From contig OZ024740.1 of NCBI GenBank assembly GCA_964016885.1, positions 38,006,001-38,070,000 of the forward strand: 64,000 nt of DNA, read 5' to 3'. Shown piece by piece: positions 27,101 to 39,586 of this stretch. The position numbers were made by a program, and so were the translations under genes. Source of the stretch: Eledone cirrhosa (Eukaryota). Below the pieces are notes generated by a model that was not told the DNA's origin, did not search any database, and saw nothing but the letters and a program-made list of their open reading frames with translations. The stretch's first letter is position 1; each line of letters begins with the position of its first letter.

Positions 27101-30100
27101 ATAATATATAGACATGTGTATATAACTGTAGTGTGAAGATATGTACATGTTATAATATATAGACATGTGTATATAACTGTGGTGTGTAAGATATGTACAT
27201 GTTATAATATATAGACGTGTGTATATAACTGTGGTGTGTAAGATATGTACATGTTATAATATATAAACATGTGTATATAACTGTGGTGTGTAATATATGT
27301 ACATGTTATAATATATAGACATGTGTATATAACTGTGTAAGATATGTACATGTTATAATATATAGACATGTGTATATAACTGTGGTGTGTAAGATATGTA
27401 CATGTTATAATATATAGACGTGTATATAACTGTGATGTGTAAGACATGTACATGTAATAATATATAGACATGTGTATATAACTATGGTGTGTAAGATATG
27501 TACATGTAATAATATATAGACATGTGTATATAACTGTGGTGTGTAATATATGTACATGTTATAATATATAGACATGTGTATATAACTGTGTAAGATATGT
27601 ACATGTTATAATATATAGACATGTGTATATAACTGTGGTGTGTAAGATATGTACATGTAATAATATATAGACATGTGTATATAACTGTGGTGTGTAAGAT
27701 ATGTACATGTAATAATATATAGACATGTGTATATAACTGTGGTGTGTAAGATATGTACATGTTATAATATATAGACGTGTGTATATAACTGTGGTGTGTA
27801 AGATATGTACATGTGTATATAACTGTGATGTGTAAGATATGTACATGTTATAATATATAGACATGTGTATATAACTGTGGTGTGTAAGATATGTTCATGT
27901 AATAATATATAGACATGTGTATATAACTGTGGTGTGTAAGATATGTACATGTAATAATATATAGACATGTGTATATAACTATGGTGTGTAAGATATGTAC
28001 ATGTAATAATATATAGACATGTGTATATAACTGTGGTGTGTAAGATATGTACATGTTATAATATAGAGACATGTGTATATAACTGTGGTGTGTAAGATAT
28101 GTACATGTTATAATATATAGACATGTGTATATAACTGTGGTGTGTAAGATATGTACATGTAATAATATATAGACATGTGTATATAACTGTGGTGTGTAAG
28201 ATATGTACATGTTATAATATATAGACATGTGTATATAACTGAGGTGTGTGAGATATGTACATGTTATAATATATAGACATGTGTATATAACTGTGGTGTG
28301 TAAGATATGTACATGTTATAATATATAGACATGTGTATATAACTGTGGTGTGTAAGATATGTACATGTAATAATATATAGACATGTGTATATAACTGTTG
28401 TGTGTATGATATGTACATGTTATAATATATAGACGTGTATATAACTGTGGTGTGTAAGATATGTACATGTTATAAAATATAGACATGTGTATATAACTGT
28501 GGTGTGTAAGATATGTACATGATATAAAATATAGACATGTGTATATAACTGTGGTGTGTAAGATATGTACATGTTATAATATATAGACGTGTGTATATAA
28601 CTGTGGTGTGTAAGATATGTACATGTGTATATAACTGTGATGTGTAAGATATGTACATGTTATAATATATAGACGTGTGTATATAACTGTGATGTGTGAG
28701 ATATGTACATGTTATAATATATAGACGTGTATATAACTGTCGTGTGTAAGATGTGTACATGTTATAATATATAGACATATGTATATAACTGTGGTGTGTA
28801 AGATATGTACATGTTATAATATATAGACATATGTATATAACTGTCGTGTGTAAGATATGTCCATGTTATAATATATAGACATGTGTATATAACTGTGATG
28901 TGTAAGATATGTACATGTTATAATATATAGACATGTGTATATAACTGTGGTGTGTAAGATATGTACATGTTATAATATATAGACATGTGTATAACTGTGG
29001 TGTGTAAGATATGTACATGTTATAATATATAGACATGTGTATATAACTGTGGTGTGTAAGATATGTACATGTAATAATATATAGACGTGTATATAAGTGT
29101 GGTGTGTAAGATATGTACATGTTATAATATATAGACATGTGTATATAACTGTGGTGTGTAAGATATGTACATGTAATAATATATAGACACGTGTATATAA
29201 CTGAGGTGTGTAAGATATGTACATGTAATAATATATAGACATGTGTATATAACTGTGGTGTGTAAGATATGTACATCTAATAATATATAGACACGTGTAT
29301 ATAACTGAGGTGTGTAAGATATGTACATGTTATAATATATAGACATGTGTATATAACTGTGTAAGATATGTACATGTTATAATATATAGACATGTGTATA
29401 TAACTGTGGTGTGTAAGATATGTACATGTAATAATATATAGACATGTGTATATAACTGTGGTGTGTAAGATATGTTCATGTAATAATATATAGACATGTG
29501 TATATAACTGTGGTGTGTAAGATATGTACATGTTATAATATATAGACATGTGTATATAACTGTGGTGTGTAAGATATGTACATGTTATAATATATAGACA
29601 TGTGTATATAACTGTGTAAGCTATGTACATGTTATAATATATAGACATGTGTATATAACTGTTGTGTGTAAGATATGTACATGTAATAATATATAGACAT
29701 GTGTATATAACTGTGGTGTGTAAGATATGTACATGTAATAATATATAGACATGTGTATATAACTGTGATGTGTAAGATATGTACATGTTATAATATATAG
29801 ACGTGTATATAACTGTGGTGTGTAAGATATGTATATGTTATAATATATAGACATGTGTATATAACTGTAGTGTGTAAGATATGTACATGTTATAATATAT
29901 AGACATGTGTATATAACTGTGGTGTGTAAGATATGTACATGTTATAATATATAGACGTGTGTATATAACTGTGGTGTGAAAGATATGTACATGTTATAAT
30001 ATATAAACATGTGTATATAACTGTCGTGTGTAATATATGTACATGTTATAATATATAGACATGTGTATATAACTGTGTAAGATATGTACATGTTATAATA

Positions 30101-31975
30101 TATAGACATGTGTATATAACTGTGGTGTGTAAGATATGTACATGTTATAATATATAGACGTGTATATAACTGTGATGTGTAAGATATGTACATGTAATAA
30201 TATATAGACATGTGTATATAACTATGGTGTGTAAGATATGTACATGTAATAATATATAGACATGTGTATATAACTGTGGTGTGTAATATATGTACATGTT
30301 ATAATATATAGACATGTGTATATAACTGTGTAAGATATGTACATGTTATAATATATAGACATGTGTATATAACTGTGGTGTGTAAGATATGTACATGTAA
30401 TAATATATAGACATGTGTATATAACTGTGGTGTGTAAGATATGTACATGTTATAATATATAGACGTGTGTATATAACTGTGGTGTGTAAGATATGTACAT
30501 GTGTATATAACTGTGATGTGTAAGATATGTACATGTTATAATATATAGACATGTGTATATAACTGTGGTGTGTAAGATATGTTCATGTAATAATATATAG
30601 ACGTGTATATAACTGTGGTGTGTAAGATATGTACATGTAATGATATATAGACATGTGTATATAACTATGGTGTGTAAGATATGTACATGTAATAATATAT
30701 AGACATGTGTATATAACTGTGGTGTGTAAGATATGTACATGTTATAATATAGAGATATGTACATGTTATAATATAGAGACATGTGTATATAACTGTGGTG
30801 TGTAAGATATGTACATGTTATAATATATAGACATGTGTATATAACTGTGGTCTGTAAGATATGTACATGTTATAATATATAGACATGTGTATATAACTGT
30901 GGTGTGTAAGATATGTACATGTTATAATATATAGACATGTGTATATAACTGTGGTGTGTAAGATATGTACATGTTATAATATATAGACATGTGTATATAA
31001 CTGAGGTGTGTAAGATATGTACATGTTATAATATATAGACATGTGTATATAACTGTGGTGTGTAAGATATGTACATGTTATAATATATAGACATGTGTAT
31101 ATAACTGTGGTGTGTAAGATATGTACATGTTATAAAATATAGAAATGTGTATATAACTGTGGTGTGTAAGATATGTACATGTTATAATATATAGACGTGT
31201 GTATATAACTGTGGTGTGTAAGATATGTACATGTGTATATAACTGATGTGTAAGATATGTACATGTTATAATATATAGACGTGTGTATATAACTGTGATG
31301 TGTAAGATATGTACATGTTATAATATATAGACGTGTATATAACTGTCGTGTGTAAGATGTGTACATGTTATAATATATAGACATATGTATATAACTGTGG
31401 TGTGTAAGATATGTACATGTTATAATATATAGACATGTGTATATAACTGTGATGTGTAAGATATGAACATGTTATAATATATAGACATGTGTATATAACT
31501 GTGGTGTGTAAGATATGTACATGTTATAATATATAGACATGTGTATATGACTGTGGTGTGTAAGATATGTACATGTAATAATATATAGACGTGTATATAA
31601 CTGTGGTGTGTAAGATATGTACATGTTATAATATATAGACATGTGTATATAACTGTGGTGTGTAAGATATGTACATGTTATAATATATAGACATGTGTAT
31701 ATAACTATGGTGTGTAAGATATGTACATGTAATAATATATAGACGTGTATATAACTGTGGTGTGTAAGATATGTACATGTTATAATATATAGACATGTGT
31801 ATATGACTGTGGCGTGTAAGATATGTACATGTAATAATATATAGACGTGTATATAACTGTGGTGTGTAAGATATTTACATGTAATAATATATAGACGTGT
31901 ATATAACTGTGGTGTGTAAGATATGTACATGTAATAATATATAGACATGTGTATATAACTGTGGTGTGTAATATA

Positions 31976-32862
31976 TCATCATCATCAACGTTTAACGTCC
32001 ATGTTCCACGCTTGCATGGGTTTGGACGGGGGTTTTCCCACTTGAGGCAAGAGTGATTGTCTTGCTCTCATAGGACTGTCTGGCAGGTTTTCTACAGTTG
32101 GATGCCCTTCCTAACACCAACCACATTTACAGTGTGGGTCTGGGAGGTTTTTACCGTGTTGCCTACACGGCCACATTACAGCGTGGACTGTGTGTTTTTG
32201 TCGTGAGACCTACACGATCTCATTTGTTTCGGCCTGGATGGTGTGGCACCAACATAACTTTACATAGATGGGGGCAGTGTGGATAGGGTGGGGGTGGTGG
32301 GACGGGGGTGTATTTTGTTAGAGATGCCTACTGACTGTAGTAGGTTTTACTTTGTATTTAGGTAAGGCGGGTCTTCTCTATTACTGAGTACCGCCAAAGG
32401 TCTCGGTCCAGTGACATTGTCTTGGTGAGGTGTAAGTGTGTGAGGTCGGAGTTTATCAGCTCGTCTCAGGTTTTTCTGGATCTGCCTATTCTGTGGCTAC
32501 CGTCTATCTTTATTGCCCTGCACTTTGTTATACAGCTATCGTCCTTCATGCGCATCACGTGACCATACCAACATAGCCTTCTCTCTAGTAAACAACATCT
32601 GATCCCTCTTATTTCTAATTTTTTCCTTAGTTCGTTTATGCTTTGTCGTTCACGTATATTACTATTACACATCCAGCGGAGCATGCAAGCTTCGTTTCTC
32701 TCTAGTCTGCGTATATCCTCTGCACACAATGCCCAGGTCTCACTGCCATGCAACATTGCTGTTCGTATGCAGGCATCGTACAGCCTGCCTTTCATTTTTA
32801 GGGAGAACCCTTTAGCGGCTAATAGTGGTATAAGCTCTCTGAACTTTTTCCACCCAGTTCTG
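31976..32862 (-). mobile_element. 5'-truncated RTE LINE, copy 1 in the satellite
   Basis: RTGWKKFRELIPLL...LHGSETW...WYGHV...GRSRKT, 3'UTR and (GAT)n tail. Confidence 0.93.
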
Positions 32863-33536
32863 GATATGTACATGTAATAATATATAGACATGTGTATATA
32901 ACTGTGGTGTGTAAGATATGTACATGTTATAATATATAGACGTGTATATAACTGTGGTGTGTAAGATATGTACATGTTATAATATATAGACATGTGTATA
33001 TAACTGTGGTGTGTAAGATATGTACATGTTATAATATATAGACATGTGTATATAACTGTGGTGTGTAAGATATGTACATGTAATAATATATAGACGTGTA
33101 TATAACAGTTGTGTGTAAGATATGTACATGTTATAATATATAGACATGTGTATATAACTATGGTGTGTAAGATATGTACATGTAATAATATATAGACATG
33201 TGTATATAACTGTGGTGTGTAAGATATGTACATGTTATAATATATAGACATGTGTATATAACTGTGGTGTGTAAGATATGTACATGTAATAATATATAGA
33301 CATGTGTATATAACTGTGGTGTGTAAGATATGTACATGTAATAATATATAGACATGTGTATATAACTGTGGTGTGTAAGATATGTACATGTTATAATATA
33401 TAGACATGTGTATATAACTGTGGTGTGTAAGATATGTACATGTTATAATATATAGACATGTGTATATAACTGTGGTGTGTAAGATATGTACATGTAATAA
33501 TATATAGACGTGTATATAACTGTGGTGTGTAATATA

Positions 33537-34424
33537 TCATCATCATCATCAACGTTTAACGTCCATGTTCCACGCTTGCATGGGTTTGGACGGGGGTTTT
33601 CCCACTTGAGGCAAGAGTGATTGTCTTGCTCGCATAGGACTGTCTGGCAGGTTTTCTACAGTTGGATGCCCTTCCTAACACCAACCACATTTACAGTGTG
33701 GGTCTGGGAGGTTTTTACCGTGTTGCCTACACGGCCACATTACAGCGTGGACTGTGTTTTTGTCGTGACACCTACACGATCTCATTTGTTTCGGCCTGGA
33801 TGGTGTGGCACCAACATAACTTTACATAGATGGGGGCGGTGTGGATAGGGTGGGGGTGGTAGGACGGGGGTGTATTTTGTTAGAGATGCCTACTGACTGT
33901 AGTAGGTTTTACTTTGTATTTAGGTAAGGCGGGTCTTCTCTATTACTGAGTACCGCCAAAGGTCTCGGTCCAGTGACATTGTCTTGGTGAGGTGTAAGTG
34001 TGTGAGGTCGGAGTTTATCAGCTCGTCTCAGGTTTTTCTGGGTCTGCCTATTCCGTGGCTACCGTCTATCTTTATTGCCCTGCACTTTGTTATACAGCTA
34101 TCGTCCTTCATGCGCATCACGTGACCATACCAACGTAGCCTTCTCTCTAGTAAACAACATCTGATCCCTCTTATTTCTAATTTTTTCCTTAGTTCGTTTA
34201 TGCTTTGTCGTTCACGTATATTACTATTACACATCCAGCGGAGCATGCAAGCTTCGTTTCTCTCTAGTCTGCGTATATCCTCTGCACACAATGCCCAGGT
34301 CTCACTGCCATGCAACATTGCTGTTCGTATGCAGGCATCGTACAGCCTGCCTTTCATTTTTAGGGAGAACCCTTTAGCGGCTAATAGTGGTATAAGCTCT
34401 CTGAACTTTTTCCACCCAGTTCTG
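33537..34424 (-). mobile_element. 5'-truncated RTE LINE, copy 2 in the satellite
   Basis: Same junctions as copy 1 with a few substitutions and small indels. Confidence 0.93.
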
Positions 34425-35719
34425 GATATGTACATGTAATAATATATAGACATGTGTATATAACTGTGGTGTGTAAGATATGTACATGTTATAATATATA
34501 GACATGTGTATATAACTGTGGTGTGTAAGCTATGTACATGTTATAATATATAGACATGTGTATATAACTGTGGTGTGTAAGATATGTACATGTAATAATA
34601 TATAGACACGAGTATATAACTGAGGTGTGTAAGATATGTACATGTTATAATATATAGACATGTGTATATAACTGTGTAAGATATGTACATGTTATAATAT
34701 ATAGACATGTGTATATAACTGTGGTGTGTAAGATATGTACATGTAATAATATATAGACATGTGTATATAACTGTGGTGTGTAAGATATGTACATGTTATA
34801 ATATATAGACATGTGTATATAACTGTGGTGTGTAAGATATGTACATGTTATAATATATAGACATGTGTATATAACTGTGGTGTGTAAGATATGTACATGT
34901 AATAATATATAGACATGTGTATATAACTGTGGTGTGTAAGATATGTACATGTAATAATATATAGACGTGTATATAACTGTGGTGGTGTGTAATATATGTA
35001 CATGTTATAATATATAGACATGTGTATATAACTGTGGTGTGTAAGATATGTACATGTAATAATATATAGACACGTGTATATAACTGAGGTGTGTAAGATA
35101 TGTACATGTAATAATATATAGACATGTGTATATAACTGTGGTGTGTAAGATATGTACATGTAATAATATATAGACACGTGTATATAACTGAGGTGTGTAA
35201 GATATGTACATGTTATAATATATAGACATGTGTATATAACTGTGGTGTGTAAGATATGTACATGTAATAATATATAGACACGTGTATATAACTGAGGTGT
35301 GTAAGATATGTACATGTAATAATATATAGACATGTGTATATAACTGTGGTGTGTAAGATATGTACATGTAATAATATATAGACATGAGTATATAACTGTA
35401 ATGGTGTGCAAAGTGTGAATAAGTAATAATAAATAACTGTTATTGAAATGAAAGAGTAAATCTTATAATTTTCATTCACTGAAACCATACATGTGAATAT
35501 TAGGATCAAATGAAAATCATTTACATTAGTAATTAAACCTGCTTCAGAAATAACCTATTACAAATGCATCCAGGAATTAGTGGTTTTAATAAGCTACACT
35601 TAAACGAAGATATCTGAAATCAACAGGAAACTGGTATATTGCAAATGTTAGAACACATTGGCATGAACATGGATGTGGGATAAAGAAATTTGTTTTACAA
35701 ACATACAGTTTCATAGACA

Positions 35720-35934
35720 TTAACCCTTTAGCATTTACATCACTCTATATTTACTATTATATTTTCACGGTAAAGGCTTTATCTAACATAAATATTTCAC
35801 ATATCAAATCTATGAGATTTTGATAATATTTATGTTGAGAACAATACCGTAACATCAATATGAGTGGCCAGTTACTGCCAGTTTGAACAGAAAGAGGTGA
35901 GAGAATTCTGCCCAGATACAACTTGTTTAAATGC
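35720..35934 (+). mobile_element. piggyBac-type MITE (right TIR decayed)
   Basis: TTAACCCTTTAGCATTTACAT start and internal homology to the other copies. Confidence 0.8.
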
Positions 35935-36032
35935 CCTACACTTTATCTGTGGAATTTGGGAGAAGAAAACTGCAGAAGCTTGTAATAATTGTTATCATCA
36001 TAATATATATTATTATCATCATCATCACCTTC

Positions 36033-36070
<38 letters not shown>

Positions 36071-36324
36071 GGTTAGTGCATCAGGAACAACATCTAATTG
36101 TAAAACATTGCCTCAAAATGTCCAGTTCAACCCATGCCAGCATGGAAAAGTCAACATAGAAGCCATGATGATGATGTTGATTTATGTGTATGTGTGTATG
36201 ACAGTTTGCATGTTCAACTTATGCCGATGAAATAAGTATATATGTACAAAGAAGGTGTGATAAGATACCAGGTGGACCATAACACACCAGAGTACATGAT
36301 ACTTTGGGTAGTAGTGTGGGTAAT

Positions 36325-36442
36325 ATGAAAAGATTCAGGACCCTGACGGCTGAGCTCCGGCTATTTTGAGAGCTAGATGCGACAGTGGATCTAGTAGTCA
36401 AAACGGCCGAAGCTCAGCCGTCGGGGTCCTGAATCTTTCCAT
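36325..36442. repeat. Hairpin of about 115 bp / MITE-like inverted repeat
   Basis: ATGAAAAGATTCAGGACCCTGACGGCTGAGCTCCGGCTATTTTGA vs TCAAAACGGCCGAAGCTCAGCCGTCGGGGTCCTGAATCTTTCCAT; TA at both ends. Confidence 0.8.
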
Positions 36443-36597
36443 AAATATGAGTGTGCATATATATATATACATATATACACACACGTTAGTTAGGTGTGTA
36501 ACTACAGTTATAGGTGGTGTGTTATTCGAAGCACTCAATGCTGTTACGTTGTGGGTTGTACTCCAGAGTTAAGGTAGTTGTAGTGTCAGAGTGTAAA

Positions 36598-36931
36598 TAG
36601 AGTAAGTAGAATCGAAGTCAGTATTGCAGCATATGTACAAACCTTATTGGTATATTACAATTGTTTCGATATCGATCAGCTCAAGATACATTCAAGTTGA
36701 CGGGGCCTGACTCTTCTTCGACATCTCGTCAGATACACAAGTTTATATGTACAAAGACACATCTAAACAGTTTAGATGTGTCTTTGTACATATAAACTCA
36801 CATATGAGTTGTTGAAGAAGAATCAGGCCCCATCATTTTGATTGTATCCTGAGCTGATCGCTATTGAAACAATTGTAATATGCCAATAAAGTTTGTACAT
36901 ACGCTGCAATACTGACTTTGATTCTATTTGT

Positions 36932-36935
<4 letters not shown>
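36598..36935. mobile_element. Fold-back palindrome of about 335 bp, probable Penelope-like element pLTR remnant
   Basis: Inverted arms centred at 36769 (perfect 29-bp inner stem, diverged outer arms). Contains a hammerhead core followed by an AATAA(A/G) signal. Confidence 0.75.
36650..36738 (-). ncRNA. Type I hammerhead ribozyme (Penelope-type, palindromic helix III)
   Basis: Minus strand: GUGUAU-CUGACGA-GAUGUCGA-(42 nt)-UCGAUAUC-GAAA-CAAUUG-UA-AUAUAC. Helix I is 6 bp, helix II is 8 bp, and the cleavage triplet is GUA. Confidence 0.8.
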
Positions 36936-36997
<62 letters not shown>

Positions 36998-36998
<1 letters not shown>

Positions 36999-37350
36999 CA
37001 TCATCATCATCATTTTACGTCCGCTTTTCCTTGCTTGCAAGGGCGGGACAGGTCCTATTCAGCACATCTCTCCACTTGTCACGGTCCTTCGTCATCTCCT
37101 CCATAAGCTTTAGCGATCTGAGGTCTGCTCTCACCACCTCCGCCCATCATTTTTGTGGTCTTCCTCTACTGCGTCTTCCTTCTACTGGAATTTCTTGGTA
37201 CTTTTTTACCCAGCGGTCATCCTCCATGTGCATCACATTTCCATACCATCACAGTCTTCTCTCCCGCACACTATAACTTATCCCTCTTAAATACAGTTTC
37301 TCTCTCAACTCATCCATGCTTGGTCATTCACGTACATTGACATTACACAT
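36998..37350 (-). mobile_element. 5'-truncated RTE 3' end (UTR-less lineage) next to (CT)n(TA)n
   Basis: Homologous to 39587-39940; (GAT)n tail. Confidence 0.88.
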
Positions 37351-38179
37351 ATATATATATATACCAAATAAGGTGGTGGATTGGCAGAATTGTTAGAGTG
37401 TTATAGTGTATAGTGCAAACATTAGAGGTTGCATCTGCTTTATGAAGGCATACTTAGCTGAGCGTGTGAACAGGTGAGTAATGGTGACCAAGCAGAGAGG
37501 AAGAGGAGGATAAATATGAGTTGTGTAGGGGTGAAAGAGGAGAGAAGATGGAGGAAACAGAGTTATAACAGAGTTATAAGATGGTGGGAGAGGGAATAAT
37601 GGAGAAGATAGTGATAGCTATGTGTGGGTATATTTTCTTGGTATGTCAATGATATATGTAATATTGATGAGAGAGAAAACCAATAGACTAACTACTGTTT
37701 TTAAACTACTTTGTGATATGTACTCCACCTAAGTTGTCCAAACACTCCCCTACCACTCTCTCCAATGTAGTGGACAAGTGTTTGACCCTTTGGAAACCTA
37801 CAACCAATGACACTACAGTTCACAAATCTTATATAAAATAACTAAATAACTATTTTTTTCAAAAAAGGGACACACCTATTTAATCTAATTATTTTAAATA
37901 AATAATTCCATTGCACATAATAGTGAGAGATGGAGAGGGCAAAAGAGATGGAGGCAGTGACAATGGGAGTTTGGCTCCACTGTATTCGGACCTGGTGTAC
38001 ATGTGTTTGTATGTTTACTTCTATTTATTCGATATGACAGTATCTATGCTCCCTACTTTTATCATTCGTTGAAGATCTTATATTAATACACACAATAATT
38101 TGCACCCCAAATGCTGGCTCCAATAATCCCATTGGTTTAACCAATTTTATCTCTTTGCTCATTTGACTTAAAACTGTCA

Positions 38180-38830
38180 ATTTTGATAGCTGATCCATCT
38201 GTTGAATCTACTGGGTGGGTAGTGCCTCTTCTTTCCACTCATTAACTAAATCAGTCCTTCATATAGAAACTTCTAGTTGTCCTCTATGTCATATGCATCT
38301 ATCTACTTCTCCTTTTCATCATTCACATCACATAGAGCTTTTCTGGACTTATATTTAACAGTGATGTCTTTCAATTTCCATTCCCTCCTTTCCTTGAATG
38401 TTCTAAGTTTCTGATACTCTCTAGTTCTTATTCTGGTGTCACTAATAACAAGTTTATGTTGGTTGGTATATTCTTCTCCAGGGAAAGACTCAGTCTTTAT
38501 AACCATATGACTTTCCTGTTTTCTAACGAGCAAGAAGTCAATCTGGCTTGTGTGCTCACCTGATCAGTAGGTGATGGGGTGGTTTCTTGAAGTTAGTGCT
38601 GTAAATGGTTAGATAAATTACTTCACTGACTTCTAGGATCCTAGATCCCTCTTCATTTGTTGAGCCATATCCCTAGCCAACCATACACTTAAGTGTAGCC
38701 ATTACGGTGTTGCCCAACATATACACTGATGTCACGAGCCAGAATGATGTTGTCTGCAAGAGGTCCTCATAGAAACAGTCCTTTTGACCTTTACCTGCCC
38801 CTAATTGTGGTTCATAAGCAGAGATAACCT
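38180..38830 (-). mobile_element. Old RTE endonuclease-region fragment
   Basis: SQIDFLLVRKQ...KTESFPGEEYTNQHKLVISD...WKLKD, homologous to the 41850-42060 region. Confidence 0.75.
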
Positions 38831-39586
38831 AGCAGTATGTGTTTATAATACAGATACAATACACCCTATTAGACAATATGGCAGTAAAATGACAGAGTTG
38901 TTAGACTGTAGGACACACTACCTGGTAGTATGTTTATAATATAGACGCAATACACTGTTACTAGCATTTATGCCATGTCCCTGATTTGAGAATACCTTCC
39001 TGTCACCCTCTCTCCAGAAGTCATTCAAAGGACTATAGTCACTACCCCCCAGGAGTCATACTAAGGACTATTGTCACTACCCCCTCCCCTCCCAGAAGTC
39101 ATAAAGGGCCATAGTCCCTCCTCCTCCCCCAGATGTTATACAAAGGACCATAGTCATTGCCCCACCAATACTAGGTGTCATATTAAAGACCATAGTAACT
39201 ACCTTCCCTTTCTGACTAAACAGTAACACAACTTATGTAAAAAGATATAAAACATACAACCCAATAAAAAATAACTGCAATAAAACACAACTGCAATAGA
39301 AGAGAAAGGTTTCTTTAAGCAGCAACAGCAAAGTTAACAATAGATCAACTATTCATTAGAATGGTTAGTTTTAGGAAACTTATAGCAATAAAATAACTTT
39401 ACTTTTAACTGGGGTCATATTGGTAGCTTTATACAATGAAACTGGTATCAAATATGACTAGAAATGGTAATAAAATAACAGAAATAGAAGAATGTGAAAG
39501 AGACAGTTAAACACCTACTTTGTTTTTGTATCATCTACCTAAAAGTTTAATGTTTGTGAATAGAGAATTAACCCCATATATATATA

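Larger units (their letters stand above)
16400..35405. repeat. 52-bp satellite array (about 19 kb) with higher-order duplications
   Basis: Monomer ATGTACATGT(T/A)ATAATATATAGACATGTGTATATAACTGTGGTGTGTAAGAT. Left edge is degenerate; interrupted by one SINE and two RTE fragments. Confidence 0.98.

Noticed and set aside
32466-33407. 313-aa ORF fusing satellite peptide to the RTE C-terminus
   Set aside because: Chance in-frame junction between a stop-poor satellite frame and a truncated LINE. The RTE part itself ends at a premature TGA (RKT*).
16513-35509. Dozens of Tyr/His/Ile-rich ORFs (MSIYYNMYISYTPQLYTHVYIL...)
   Set aside because: These are translations of the 52-bp satellite. ORF length depends only on whether a monomer carries the TTATAA (stop) or TAATAA variant; there is no coding signature.
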